Source: Octopus vulgaris
Taxonomy: Eukaryota
Reading direction: 5' to 3'
Assembly (NCBI GenBank): GCA_951406725.2
Contig: OX597823.1
Coordinates: 112,344,001-112,408,000 of the forward strand
DNA length: 64,000 nucleotides
Positions 39,546-54,070 of this stretch are shown here, piece after piece. Position 1 is the stretch's first letter. Each line of letters begins with the position of its first letter. The notes beneath the pieces are model-generated. The model did no database searches and was not told where the DNA came from. It saw only the letters and a program-made list of their open reading frames with translations. A program made the position numbers and the translations under genes.

Positions 39546-40500
39546 GGCATCACGAATTCAAATGTGGTCGGACATCGATGGAAACTGCTCCTCTTCCCGG
39601 ACAACCACATTCCACTACTACTGATGTCACAATCCATAAAGTGGAAGCCATCGTTTTGGAACATCGATGTATCACTATTCAGCAACAAGTTCAAGAAATG
39701 AAGATAAGTGTAGGGTCTGTGGAAAAAATCATTCATGACCATTTGCACATAATTTTCTGGATACTCACATCTTTTCAGAAGCAGGAATGAGTCAATTGCT
39801 CCTAGGCTCTTTTGGTAATGTGCCAAGAAAATGAGGACTTTTTTGGTAGACTTATCACACAGGATAAAAGATGGTTTCATCACTATGGTCCTGAGTTCAA
39901 TCGAAGCAATGGAATGATAATAACTTACCACCTCCAAAGAAGGTTTGTGACCAACCCTCTGCAGGCAAGGTGATGCTCACAGTCTTTTGGCACCAGCACA
40001 AAGTAGTGATGATGGATTTTCTGGCGAAGGACACCACAATCAACAGGGCATGTTATGCTTCTTTGTTGCAGAAATTGTAGGACACCATCAAACCAGAGAG
40101 GTGTGGCCTACTGACCAAAAGAATTTGCCTCCTCCAAGACAATGCCCCAGTTCACAATGTGCATGTTGCCCAGAAGAATGCACACTCCTGCGGCTATGAA
40201 ATCCTTCCTCATCCCCCTTACTCTCCTGACCTCACACCATCTGACTTACACCTCTTCCAACCATGAAGTCTTTTTTGAAGGGGAAGCAATTTTCAGATGA
40301 TGATGAACTTATTTCTGAGGTAAAGTCTTGGTTCCAGACACGACCTACTGACTTCTACAGATGAGGTCTTCACATCTGTATAAAGCAATGGGAGAAATGT
40401 GTTACCATTTTTGGTGGCTATGGAGAGAAGGGCTAATAATCATGCCAAGTTTCGTTTATCCCAGTCCTTGGGAAGTGAGCCCGAAGAAATCTTTAATGAA
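39545..40500 (+). mobile_element. Decayed mariner transposase (5'-truncated)
   Basis: WHHEFKCGRTSMET...EKIIHDHLH, LITQDKRWFHHY, SAGKVMLTVFW, LLQDNAPVH and LPHPPYSPDLTPSDLHLF. Confidence 0.92.
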
Positions 40501-41985
40501 CATGCCTCATATGCCTAGCAGCTGTTGTCAAGTATGGGATGGATGCAACTGTCAGTAGAACCTACAGTGACACTTGAATCACATTCTTTGATAGGAAAGA
40601 ACTACTTAGGGTGGTTATTGTAAAGGAAATTGAATGACAGTTGTAGTTCAAAGGTTTGCTCTAATCCTCATCCATGCCTTCATCTACCACTTGAGAAGGA
40701 AAGTGAAAGTAAGAAGGAAAGTTCTACTCACAGGTAAATTTTATGAAAGGGGGGGGGTGAATATGACGAAAATTGCATGGCTAAATGGACCCATATTAAT
40801 TATTGCTTTTCATGTTGTTTCTGCTGTTGTTGTTGCTACTTCTGTCATTGGTCTTGTTGTTGCTACATTGTTGTTGTTGCTGTTATTGATATCCCTGCTG
40901 TTGCAGTTACTGCTATCGATGTTGTTGTTTACTGTTATTATTTGCTATTTTTGTTATTTTTGTTGCTACTATAATTGTTGTTGTTGTTGCTACTGCTGCT
41001 ATTCGTGAGATTGGTATCGTTGGCATCACTGCTGTTGCTATTGCAGTGGTTGCTATAGTTGCTTTTGTTGTTGCTATTCTTGTCGCCGTCGTTCAGATTT
41101 CTGCTGTGTTGTTGCTATTGTTATTGTTGTTGTTGCTATTGTTTTTGTTGTTGCTATTGTTTGTAATTTCCTTAATGCCTACATTACAATCACTGTTTTA
41201 CTATTTATTGATGTTTAATATTTTTCATGTTGCATTATTTCCACTACACTGGCGGTCTCAGTTGTCATTATTGTTATTGCTGTTGTCATTGACATTGCTA
41301 TTGCTGCCTCAGCCGTCATCATCATTTCATTCAATTCTATGTGATATGAGACGGACTGTGTCGAGGCTAGACAAGCAGAGACACAGATGAGCTTGTAGCC
41401 AAAAGACATGATATCCGTGATATCACATGTTGTTTGTGTTATGATAACCACTGGGAATTGCTTTTCTTCATCCTTTATGTATATAGAAAGATGAGAAAGT
41501 CAACATAAGACACATTTCTCTTTGGCTTTCTCTTTTATCTTTTATTATTTCTTTGCTTTTATTTAGTTTGTTTTCTTTTTCTACAAGACAGATTTAGTTT
41601 TACAGTTCTACAACTCTACATTCTCAATAAACTGGCCTTTGGCAAACTTTGTTAGAAAGCTGAGACCAGCTTCTCATACTTTTGTACTATAGTTGTTTAA
41701 TGTTATTGTTGTTGTTGTTGTTGTTGCTCTTGTCATCATTGCTGTTGTTGCTGTTGAAACCGATCATTTCCTCCTCCTCCTCCTCCTCCTTGGTGTTGTT
41801 GTTTTGTGGCTGTTGTTGTTGTTGTTAGTTATTGATGGAAGTGTATTCAGCTTCATAAAACTTTAAAACATGGTTTTGTTAATAATAATCTATAACACAT
41901 TGTTAGACATTGATTAGAAATGTGACTGATGGAATTACAGTAAAATATATATATACACATATATATACATACATACATACATACA

Positions 41986-42044
<59 letters not shown>

Positions 42045-42106
42045 ATATATATATACATATATATATACATATATATATACATATATATATACATATATAT
42101 ATATAC

Positions 42107-42174
<68 letters not shown>

Positions 42175-42179
<5 letters not shown>

Positions 42180-42245
42180 AACTAATGCATTTGTTTGTTG
42201 TTTACACACTCGTCTTCATCTTTTATTTTTTTGTAAATTCTCACT
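42175..42245 (+). mobile_element. Extreme 3' tip of family B pLTR between (TA)n tracts
   Basis: Matches 45607-45678. Confidence 0.7.
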
Positions 42246-42573
42246 ATATATATATATTTATGTAGATAGATATATACGTATATAAATTATATATATATAT
42301 GCATATTTGTTCTTTTATTCTTTTATTTGTTTCGGTCATTTGACTGCTGTCATACTGGATCACTGCCTTTAGTCAAGCAAATCGACCCCAGGAGTTATAT
42401 ATATATATGACGGGCTTCTTTCAGTTTCCGTCTACCAAATCCATTCACAAGGCTTTGGTCAGCCCGAGGCTATAGTAGAAAGACACTTGCCCAAGGTGCC
42501 ACGCAGTGGGACTGAACCTGGAATCATGTGGTTGGTAATCAAGCTACTTACCATACAATCACTCCTACACCTA

Positions 42574-42614
<41 letters not shown>

Positions 42615-42869
42615 TTATATAAATAAGGATAAGATCGTTATTTAAATACTGATCTTATCAGGTGGCCAGCATGGGAATAAAAACCTTCAAAGGTAATAAT
42701 TATTATTAAAATTATAATTTAGAGCATCTAAGAGATACCACCACGCTGGAAATAGCAGCCAAAACTTGACTCTAAAACCACATTAAAAGTTTATACAGCA
42801 CTAGGAGAGAAGCCGAGACAAAATAAACTAACAAAAAAAATTACCGGATAATTCCAGATCTCGGATTTC

Positions 42870-43043
42870 CGACTCTGTTTTGACAGCATCTTTTTCAGGA
42901 GCTTTGTTTGTTTGCATCAGTTTGAGGGCCCTTTTGATTTCACTGATCAGAAGAGGTGCCACCTGTTCCAGCAATTGTGGAGGTGTGTGATTAAACTTTA
43001 CTGAGGATTTAAAAAGTTTGGAGGTTTTGCGTACCTCCTCCAT
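42870..43043 (-). pseudogene. LINE (RTE-like) fragment preceding the RT domain
   Basis: VAPLLISEIKRALKLMQTNKAPEKDAVKTE (KAPG.D motif). Confidence 0.7.
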
Positions 43044-43286
43044 ACACACACACACACACACATACATATATATGTACTCTTTTACTCTTTTACTTGTTTC
43101 AGTCATTTGACTGCGACCATGCTGGAGCACCGCTTTTAGTCAAGCAAATCGACCCCGGGACTTATTCTTTGTAAGCCCAGTTCTTATTCTATCGGTCTCT
43201 TTTTGCCGAACCGCTAAGTGACGGGGACGTAAACACACCAGCATCGGTTGTCAAGCAATGCTAGGGGGACAAACACAGACACACAA

Positions 43287-43323
<37 letters not shown>

Positions 43324-43992
43324 CATATATACGACAGGCTTCTTTCAGTTTCCGTCAACCAAATCCACTCACAAGGCATTGGTCAGCCCGGGGCTATAGC
43401 AGAAGACACTTGCCCAAGATGCCACGCAGTGGGACTGAACCCGGAACCATGTGGTTGGTTAGCAAGCTACTTACCACACAGCCACTCCTGCGCCTATATA
43501 TATATATATATATACATAAATATCTCCAATATTTCATGAGTATAACCTCACCCACTAAGATGTCTAGAGAACTCATATGTATTTATATGATGAGTACGGG
43601 ACACTTTTATCTGCTGCAATTTTTGCAACTTGTAATAAAGCCTGTCTTTGTATGAAACAATTGTACTAAAAACTAATCCATTCTTGTTGCTTCTTTCTCA
43701 TATATACATAAATATATATATATACACACATTGAGTCAAACCAGGGGCAGCTGATGAAGGGGAATATTCCTTGTATTGTTTGTCTTGTACTCTGTTTTTT
43801 TGTTGTTAAAAAAAGTCCGTTTCCTTGTTTGATTTTATGTTTTCATTTCTCGTTGTGTTCTACGTTTATTTGTGGTGTCCTGTACTCATATATATATATA
43901 TATATATATATATGCATGTATATATACATATAGATGTAGGTATGTACATATATGTATGTATGTATGCATATGTTTTATTTATTAAATTGTTT

Positions 43993-44062
<70 letters not shown>

Positions 44063-44082
44063 TATATATATATATGCATATA

Positions 44083-44116
<34 letters not shown>

Positions 44117-44135
44117 TATATATATATATATATAT

Positions 44136-44350
44136 AGTTAATCCAAACATTGAACAAGCAAGAAAAAACAACAATGCGAGGACGTGGAATCAGTACAGTG
44201 TTATTGGATGCTCAGGAAAGGAAGAAAAAAGAAACATGATTTCACGTTTCGAGCGGGGCTCTTCATCAGAAATATAGAAAAGGTCCAAGGAAGGGAAGAC
44301 AGAAAGAAATTCGCCAACGATACACACATACACAAGCGGTCACACATTAA
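44136..44350 (-). mobile_element. Family A pLTR-like element with hammerhead (44239-44273)
   Basis: AUUU-CUGAUGA-A-GAGC-CCC-GCUC-GAA-ACGU-G-AAAU. The core is intact but the cleavage triplet is GUG. Confidence 0.78.
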
Positions 44351-44622
44351 AATGACCAGAAGGGAATGGGTGAAGAAAAAGTTCTTTCAAATACAGGAGA
44401 GTGCAAGAGAAGGAGATATGTATGTGTGTGTATGTGTATGTGTGCAGGTCTGTGTGTGTGTAATGATAACACGTGTTTGTGTGTGTATGTGTGTGTGTGG
44501 TTGTGGTTGTTTATGTATGTGTGTGGTTGGACTTTAAGGTCTTTGTGCCTTTAAGGTCATAGAAAGAATTTATAATAAGAATTTCAGTAGGAGTGGCTGT
44601 CTGTTGTGTGTCTACCAACACA

Positions 44623-44793
44623 AGAAATAGTAGTATGACAAGGCACCGATGTATGCTGGTAATAGCAGTTGATAACAATACAACGCTATGTAAATCTTCA
44701 CTGAAATATATATTGTGAAGCTTTACAAAGCGTCATATTGTCATTGATTGCTATTTCCAGCAAACATTGGTGCCTTGTTATAGCACTATTTCT
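44623..44793. repeat. Imperfect 171-bp foldback (about 79-bp arms, AT-rich loop)
   Basis: agaaatagtagtatgacaaggcacc...cttcac pairs with gtgaag...ggtgccttgttatagcactatttct. Confidence 0.85.
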
Positions 44794-45268
44794 CATTTAT
44801 AATTCTACCCATACAGTGCTTTATTTGACTGGAAAGTAATACTATTTTATGGCAATGGTATTTAAAATCTTATATCACTCACCCATGTATGTGCTATATG
44901 CATACATACATATTCCCTTATTCTCTAACTTGTTGCAGTCATTTGACTGTGGCCATGCTGGAGCATGGTTGAACAAATTGACCCCAGAACTTATTTCTTA
45001 AGCCAAGTACTTATTCTATCAGTCTCTTTTGCTGAATCGATAAGTTACAGGGACATAAACACACCAGCACTGGCTATCAAGCAGTGATGGGGCCAAAGAA
45101 GGCACAAAGACATGCACATACACACACACAGACACACACACATACACACACACACACAGACACACACACACACGCACACAGACACACGCACAGACACACA
45201 CACACACACACAAATTCTGTCTACCGAATCCACTGTCAAAACTTTGAGCAGCTGAAGGCTTTTGTAGC

Positions 45269-45320
<52 letters not shown>

Positions 45321-45321
45321 T

Positions 45322-45353
<32 letters not shown>

Positions 45354-45516
45354 CATACATACATACACACATATATATATATATATGCACAGAAGTGGCT
45401 ATGTGGTAAGAATCTTGCTTCCCAACCACAAGTGTCTTCTACTATATCCTCAGCTGACCAAAGCCTTGTGAGTGGATTTGGTAGATGGAAATTGAAAGAA
45501 GCTGGTTGTATATATA

Positions 45517-45677
45517 TTTTCTATTTTCTCTCCCTGTTTATTTCTCTGTTCCTTTCTGTCGAAGAGCATAGGCTCGAAACATAAAAGACTTTCTCACTTC
45601 CTGTGTGTTAAACTAATACATCTGTTTGTTGTTTACACACCTGTCTTCGTCTTTTGTTTTTTTTTGTAAATTCTTAC

Positions 45678-45714
<37 letters not shown>

Positions 45715-45905
45715 AGGGGAAGAATTCACAAAAAAAAAGACGAAGACAGGTGTGTAAACAACAAACAGATGTATTAGTTTAACACACAGGAAGTGAGAAA
45801 GTCTTTTATATTTCGAGCCTATGCTCTTTGACAGAAAGGAACACAAAGAAATAAGAAAAGAAAAGAAAGAGAGAAAATAAAGAATGTGTAGTGGCTAGTG
45901 ATCTA
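45517..45905. mobile_element. Tail-to-tail pair of family B pLTR-like elements inside a family 1 SINE
   Basis: Inverted copies at 45517-45678 (+) and 45716-45905 (-) around a TA/TG tract. Hammerhead motifs at 45552-45587 (+) and 45803-45838 (-). SINE halves at 45388-45510 and 45905-46122. Confidence 0.85.
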
Positions 45906-46122
45906 TGTATATATATATATATAAATGTATGTATTTGTGTCTCTGTTGGTGTGTTTATGTCACCCGTTACTTAGCAGTTTGACAATAGAGACCAATAGAA
46001 TAAGTATTAGAATAAATACTAGGCTTACAAAGAATAAGTCCTGGGATCGAATTGTTGAACTAAAAGGTGCTGCTCCATCATGGCCACAGTCAAATGACTG
46101 AAACAAATAAAAGAATAAGAGA

Positions 46123-46176
<54 letters not shown>

Positions 46177-47799
46177 GTGCAATGTAAATATGATACATGT
46201 ATGACACTGTGAATACCACACTTCAAAATTCTTCAGTTTTCGAACTGACTCTTAGAACAACTTCACAAATATCCAATAGATACAAGGAGTATATATTATC
46301 TGCGCTAGCTTTACAGTACTTACCCGCATTGTACAGTATTTATTCCTTCTCCACAGAACCTACCCTTATACTGAGTACCAGCTCAATCCATTCTTCTATG
46401 TTTTGTATGAAGCTTCTTTTTTTTTTTTTATATAAGTTCCCAATAAGTAAAAATACAGATATTGATTAGTTAATGAAATTATGTATATGTGCTTGAGTGT
46501 ATGTATATATGCCTGTGTACACGTATATATCTGCATATGTGCATCACACATACACACACATACATGCACACTCATACACGTGCACACACACACACACACT
46601 CACACACACTCATACACATAACATACATGCACGCTTTAATCCTCGTGCTTACATAGTATACGTATATTATTTGAACATAAGAAACACAAGAAGTGTGTTG
46701 TTTTGCCAATGAGGGACAAGAGCAAGGATGAGGGAAAGAAAGAGAGAGAAAGACGGAGAGGGAGAGAGAAAGAGAAAAAGAAAGAAAGAAAGAAGGAAAG
46801 AAAGAGAAATACCTTAGAAATAGAATTAAAATATCAAAACTAATGAAAAATAATGTATATATCATAATCTAACAGGAAATAAAAATGAAGAATAAAAAAA
46901 CTTTCAACTCAATTTTTACATCATTTTTCTTCTTATTCAAAGGGAAAAAAAATAATTCTGGCAATTATTTCCTTTATTTTTTTCCAGTTATTATATTTAT
47001 ATTTACCCATAAGATATGTGTGTAATCTCATAATGTGTATATTTTCATACATGTGTAAATGCCTATGTGGGTGAGTGTAAGCATAACTACTTATTTTGTG
47101 GATATGTGTGTATATATATATGTGTGTGTGTATAAGAGAGAAAATGACAGAAAATCTCTCTCTCTCTCAGCATGTGTTACATATATATGGATGTGTGTGT
47201 GTATGTGTGTTGGTGTAGATTATATATACACACATATATATATGTGTATGTGTGTGTATGCCAGCATGGAAAGCGGATGTTAAATGATGATGATGATGAT
47301 ATATAAATATGTATAATATATATATAAATATATACACACACTTCAAGCACATATATACATACATATACATATTTACATTTACATACACCCTAAAAGAAAG
47401 GAGTTTTCAAAGTAAAAGAAATAAGAAAAAGAAGGAAAGGAAGATTTTGTAAAATGAAGTGAAAAGGGGGGGGGGGTGAGAAAGGGGAGGGGAGAGAAAT
47501 CGAAGCGTGACAGCAGCGGAACTGAAGAAGGAGGTGTACAAAGTAAAAGAAAGAGACTAAGCAGAATGGTAACAAACAACTGTTTGAATGCCCCATGGTG
47601 GGATCGAATAGATTTAATATCATTTTTTTTTTGCGTATGTTTCCTTTTATTTTATATTTACCATTAGTTTGTAATTTGTTAAGAAGAGAAATATTGAAAA
47701 AGTTCAATTTCCTGTTTGTAAAACAAACTCACTGTAATATAAACCATTAAATATAAAGAGTAAAATTATATACGTACGTGTGGGTGTATGTGTACATAC

Positions 47800-47887
<88 letters not shown>

Positions 47888-48233
47888 GTATATATATATA
47901 CATATATATATATATATGCACCTACACACATATATATATACATATGTGTGTGGATGCACATATATATACATATATATATTTATATAGCCACATACACATT
48001 CATGTATGCATATATATATGTGTGTATGTATGTATGTATGTATGTATGTATGTATGCATATATATGTGTGTATGTAGTTATGTAGGTAGGTATTTATGTA
48101 TGCATGTGTGTGTGTATGCATGAATGATTTGTATATATTGTGTACATGGATGCACATACATGTATATATAACCAGTTAAAATATGTTTATAGAGAGTGGG
48201 TATATATATATATATATATACATACATACATAC

Positions 48234-48279
<46 letters not shown>

Positions 48280-48327
48280 ATGTGTGTGTGTGTGTGTATA
48301 CTCATAATATATATGCATGCACATATA

Positions 48328-48364
<37 letters not shown>

Positions 48365-49130
48365 TAATTAATCAATCGACATTTATTCTTTACAAAATTT
48401 AACAGTGAAAATAGTGTTTTTCAGTCACCCACTCATACATAATCTCACTTATTAATAAACATATACATACATGGTACTATGTAGAAATATATATTCTCTT
48501 TTACTCTTTTTACTCTTTTACTTGTTTCAGTCATTTGACTGCGGCCATGCTGGAGCACCGCCTTTGATCGAGCAACTCGACCCCGGGACTTATTCTTTTA
48601 TAAGCCCAGTACTTATTCTATCGGTCTCTTTTGCCGAACTGCTAAGTAATGGGGACATAAACACACCAGCATCGGTTGTCAAGCAATGCTAGGAGGACAA
48701 ACGCAGACACACAAACACACACACGCATATATATACATATATACGACGGGCTTCTTTCAGTTTCCGTGTACCAAATCCACTCACAAGGCTTTGGTCGGCC
48801 CGAGGCTATAGTAGAAGACACTTGCCAAAGGTGCCACGCAGTGGGACTGAACCCGAAACCATGTGGTTGGTAAACAAACTACTTAGCACACAGCCACTCC
48901 TACGCCTATGTATACATTCATACATATATATGTATGTGTGTACATACATATGTGTGTACACGTATACATGTGTGCACATGTGTATATTTGTGTGTGTGTT
49001 GTATTAGTAGGTGACCTTAGCATTGCATTACTTAAAGTTTTACATTTTCAAAATTCACTTCTGATTGTTCAGAAGTTTAATACAAAATTTTGACTATTTG
49101 TTTCTAGTGTCTGTCTCCTACTTTCTGTAC

Positions 49131-49233
<103 letters not shown>

Positions 49234-49286
49234 CTCTATAATGTTGCTACTTGATTTGAAAATTTTTGTATTAATGGAAAACCTTA

Positions 49287-49379
49287 TAATTGGCTGATGA
49301 GTACTCAACATCTTAAATCTGTTGTAATACTTACAACATTTAATAAAATTATGTTGTACGAAACGATCGTACCAAATTA
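49287..49379 (+). ncRNA. Canonical type I hammerhead ribozyme with long stem II
   Basis: UAAUUGG-CUGAUGA-GUAC...(UGUUGUAA/UUACAACA inner helix)...GUAC-GAA-ACGAUCGU-A-CCAAAUUA. GUA cleavage triplet, cut after 49371. Lies within a TA-flanked element at 49230-49508. Confidence 0.9.
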
Positions 49380-51355
49380 CCAGAGCCATTCTTGTTGCTT
49401 TTTTTTATTATAATCACCCCACAGATTTTTATGGATAACACCATACAAAATTCTGGTGCATCTAAATTAAGTACCATATTCATTTGAATCTAAATTTTTG
49501 CTGAACTTATATATATATATATCAGTTGAATAAAGTTAAAACAGTCTGGTTTTTATGTTTTTTATTATAGCATTTTAACAAAATTAACTCTTTCATACTT
49601 AAAGTGTTGTCTTTTGGGATGGGCGTTTAAAAATTTTTTTGCCAGATGCTGGTGTGTTTATGTCCCCGTAACTTAGTGGTTCGGCAAAGAGACCGATAGA
49701 ATAAGTACTAGTCTTACAAAGATTAAGTCTTGGGGTCGATTTGCTCAACTAAAGGTGGTGCTCCAGCATGGCCGCAGTCAAATGACTGAAACAAGTAAAA
49801 GAGTAAAAAGAGAGTATACACATGCACTGTGTAGTCGTCCTTCCCTCGTTTATTACCGTTCCTATTCTAACTCACGTCCATTGTCTGGAAATCTTTCGTC
49901 ACACATCTGTGACCTCCTCAGTGTCACTTTCCATCTTCGTGTGTGTTCTTGCTTGGCTTATTCCATTCATATATATAGATGATGATAATGATGATGGATT
50001 CTCTTGTCATGATTAACAAATGTGAGTTCTGTAAAATAAAGCAGTAATCATGTTCTATGGACATGAATGTGTCTCTTGAAGCTTGCTGGTGCCTTGCAAA
50101 CCTTTTGGCAAATAGAACAAGTCGAGGACTCAATTTGCTTGTGAATCATTTACACTCATGCACATACATATACTCTTTTTAACTCTTTTACTTGTTTCAG
50201 TCATTTGACTGCGGCCATGCTGAAGCAAATCGACCCCGGGACTTATTCTTTGTAAGCCCAGTACTTATTCTATCGGTCTCTTTTTGCCGAACCGCTAAGT
50301 GATGGGGACGTAAACACACCAGCATCAGTTGTCAAGCAATGCTAGGGGGATAAACACAGACACACAAACATACATATATATATATACATATATACGACAG
50401 GCTTCTTTCAGTTTCCCTCTACCAAATCCACTCACAAGGCATTGGTCATCCCGGGGCTATAGCAGAAGACACTTGCCCAAGATGCCACACAGTGGGACTG
50501 AACCCGGAACCATGTGGTTGGTTAGCAAGCTACTTACCACACAGCCACTCCTGCGCCTTATTATTAATATGCTTATTATTTTTATTAATATTAAAGCAGT
50601 AAGCTGGGAGAATTGTTAGCATGGCAAAGTGTTCTGTGCCATTTCTTCAGACTTTTTACTTTGTATGTTCAGAGAAGTACAAGCTGAAGTATACCAAGAT
50701 TGAAGGAGGAGATGGAAACTTATTACACAAAGTACAACTGGGATTTCCTTTGATTCAGTCTACACATGGCTAAAGTTCTGTGGTTACTCTTTTACTCTTT
50801 TACTTGTTTCAGTCATTTCACTGCGGCCATGCTGGAGCACCGTCTTTAATCGAGCAACTCGACCCTGGGACTTATTCTTTCGTAAGTCCAGTACTTATTC
50901 TATCGGTTTCTTTTGCCGAACCGCTAAGTGACGGGGACATAAACACACCAGCATCGGTTGTCAAGCAATGCTTGGGGGACAAACACAGACACACAAACAT
51001 ACACACATACATATATATATATATATACATATATACGACGGGCTTCTTTCAGTTTCCGTCTACCAAATCCACTCACAAGGCTTTGGTTGGCCCGAGGCTA
51101 TAGTAGAAGACACTTGCCCAAGGTGCCATGCAGTGGGACTGAACCCGGAACCATGTGGTTGGTAAACAAGCTACTTACCACACAGCCACGCCTGCGTCTA
51201 TAAAAAGTGTGCGAGACAGCGCCAGTGGTTTTCAGGGTATGAAGAATTCAACGAGAGTTCAGATTAACAAAGTAACCACATGGCTAAGCCCACACAGTAT
51301 GCCTTTGTGGAAAAATTTGAAACCATTATTATCATCATCATCATTATTATTACTA

Positions 51356-51386
<31 letters not shown>

Positions 51387-51429
51387 TATTATTATTATTA
51401 TTACTATTATTATTATTATTATTATTATT

Positions 51430-52043
51430 GAGTGAGAGAGCAGTTCATGCCATCAAAGTGACACTGGGGTAAAATATACGAAGCCCAATATACCCATCAT
51501 GACTACCCGTCTGATAAGGGTACACCAGGCACATGCATCACAACCATATGTGCGCGACAGGGTGATCTCATATCAAGATAAACAGCACATGACCTTGCAA
51601 GGTGGGGCCCAGTTAGAATTTTCTTCAGGTTGAGTAGCTCATCCCACTCAAATGGTCCCTGAATAAGGGTTGGTTAAGGATGTTGAAAGAACCACCTATG
51701 TTTCCAGAGGCGAATTATTCAAACCCCAAAGAATCCCTCTCAACACATGGCTATGATGCTCCCCCACTACTTCTGCTTGTGATCAGAGATGCACATATCG
51801 TCAGCCACTAAGGGACATGCTCAACTGGTTAAGGTCAAACAACTGACAAGCCAAATCTGTGGTATTGAGCAGAATATTTGCTGTAGCCCATCTTTTATAC
51901 CAAGACAAAACAATGTACATGATAACACTTCCAATCAGTTAAGATCAGAAGCCATGAGAGCCACTGCCTGGTACTGCATCAGGGCAAGAGCCACTGCCTG
52001 GTACTGCATCAGGGCAGAGCCACTGCCTGGTACTGCATCAGGG

Positions 52044-52045
<2 letters not shown>
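51430..52045. mobile_element. About 615-bp non-coding element inserted in (ATT)n, with a triplicated 29-30-bp terminus
   Basis: Complex sequence bounded on both sides by (ATT)n. agagccactgcctggtactgcatcagggca occurs three times at 51957-52045. Confidence 0.7.
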
Positions 52046-52124
<79 letters not shown>

Positions 52125-52376
52125 GGTGGCAAGCTGGCAGAAGCATTAGCATACTGGGGGAAATGCTTAGCAGTATTTTGTCTGCTGCCACATTCGGAGT
52201 TCAAATTCTGCCGAGGTCGACTTAGCCTTTCATCCTTTCAGAGTTGACAAAATAAGTACCAGTTGAACACTGGGGTCGATGTAATCAACTTAACACCTCC
52301 CCCAAAACTGCTGCCTTTGTGGAAAAATTTGAATCCCTTATTATTATTATTATCATCATCATCATCATCATCATCA

Positions 52377-52431
<55 letters not shown>

Positions 52432-52805
52432 GATTATTAAGGTGGCCAACTGGCAAAATTGTTAGTATGCTGGATGAAATGCTTAGTGGTACTTTGCCTG
52501 TCACTATGTTCTGAGTTCAAATTCTACTGAGGTCAACTTTACCTTTCATCCTTTCAGGGTCAATAAATTAAGTACCAGCAATCAGACAGGTGAGTTAGTG
52601 GAATAGCAATGTAGATGAAGCCTTCAAAGCTAAGAGACAGGCCAGAAAGATGAGAGAAAAGAGAATAACAGAGACTAAGGATATATTGGATTGCAATGCA
52701 GTTTACTCAAGAGAATTGAGAGCTGAGAGTTCAGAAGTTTAATACGAAATTTTGACTATTTGTTTCTTTTAGTTATATTATTGTCTGTCTCCAACTTTCT
52801 GTACA

Positions 52806-53430
<625 letters not shown>

Positions 53431-53513
53431 TCGACATCAGTGGCAGACGCCATTAGAAAAACTTATATAGGTTTGCAAAGCAGCCTTCACTTTCATCACG
53501 ACCTGGTGGTTAC

Positions 53514-53556
53514 CGCCCTTTGACGAGGGACAACAATCCCGAAACTAGTTCGAGCG
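53514..53556 (+). ncRNA. Degenerate hammerhead motif (C3U) in element 53431-53722
   Basis: UUGACGA-GGGA-CAACAA-UCCC-GAA-ACUAGU-U. Stem I is only partly paired (cgccct / cgagcg). Confidence 0.6.
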
Positions 53557-53752
53557 TATAACTCAGGCTTGCGAGTAAGGGATGGCCTCCCTTTGCAAAT
53601 ACTCCAAGGACACTGATATTGTGTCTAAAGCCAGCTAGAGACGAAGATCTCTTGGGGCTATAACGCTACAGTAACACCCCCTCCCCAATGTGGTTAGCCA
53701 CGATAAGATGGCTTCTATACTTTATATATATATATATATATATATACGTATA

Positions 53753-53972
53753 AAGTTAAACCAAACATGAAAACACAAAGAGAAAACACAACAACGCGAA
53801 GACATGGAACGAGTATAGTGTTATTGGACGCTCAGGAAAGCAAAGAAAGAAGGAGGATTTAACATTTCAAGCAGAGCTCTTCGTCAGAAACATAGGGAAA
53901 AGAAAGATCCAAAGAAGGGAAGACGGAAGAAAAAAAATCGCCAATGGTACACATGCGGTACACCCGCGGTCA
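53753..53972 (-). mobile_element. Family A pLTR-like element with hammerhead (53857-53891)
   Basis: GUUU-CUGACGA-A-GAGC-UCU-GCUU-GAA-AUGU-U-AAAU, with TA flanks. Confidence 0.78.
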
Positions 53973-54021
53973 CATATATATACATACACATAGCCATACT
54001 TACATACATATATACATACAT

Positions 54022-54070
<49 letters not shown>

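Noticed and set aside
43745-43790. CTGATGA followed by a hairpin as another hammerhead
   Set aside because: No GAAA or stem III follows, so it was not counted, although the TA-flanked unit may be a deleted pLTR.
51957-52045. CRISPR-like repeats or a U2 snRNA fragment
   Set aside because: The repeats are directly adjacent without spacers in eukaryotic DNA, and the similarity to U2 stem-loop IV is only about 11 nt.
53600-53660. Second hammerhead-like fold (ctgatattgtgtct...agagacgaagatctcttgg)
   Set aside because: The core deviates at several invariant positions.
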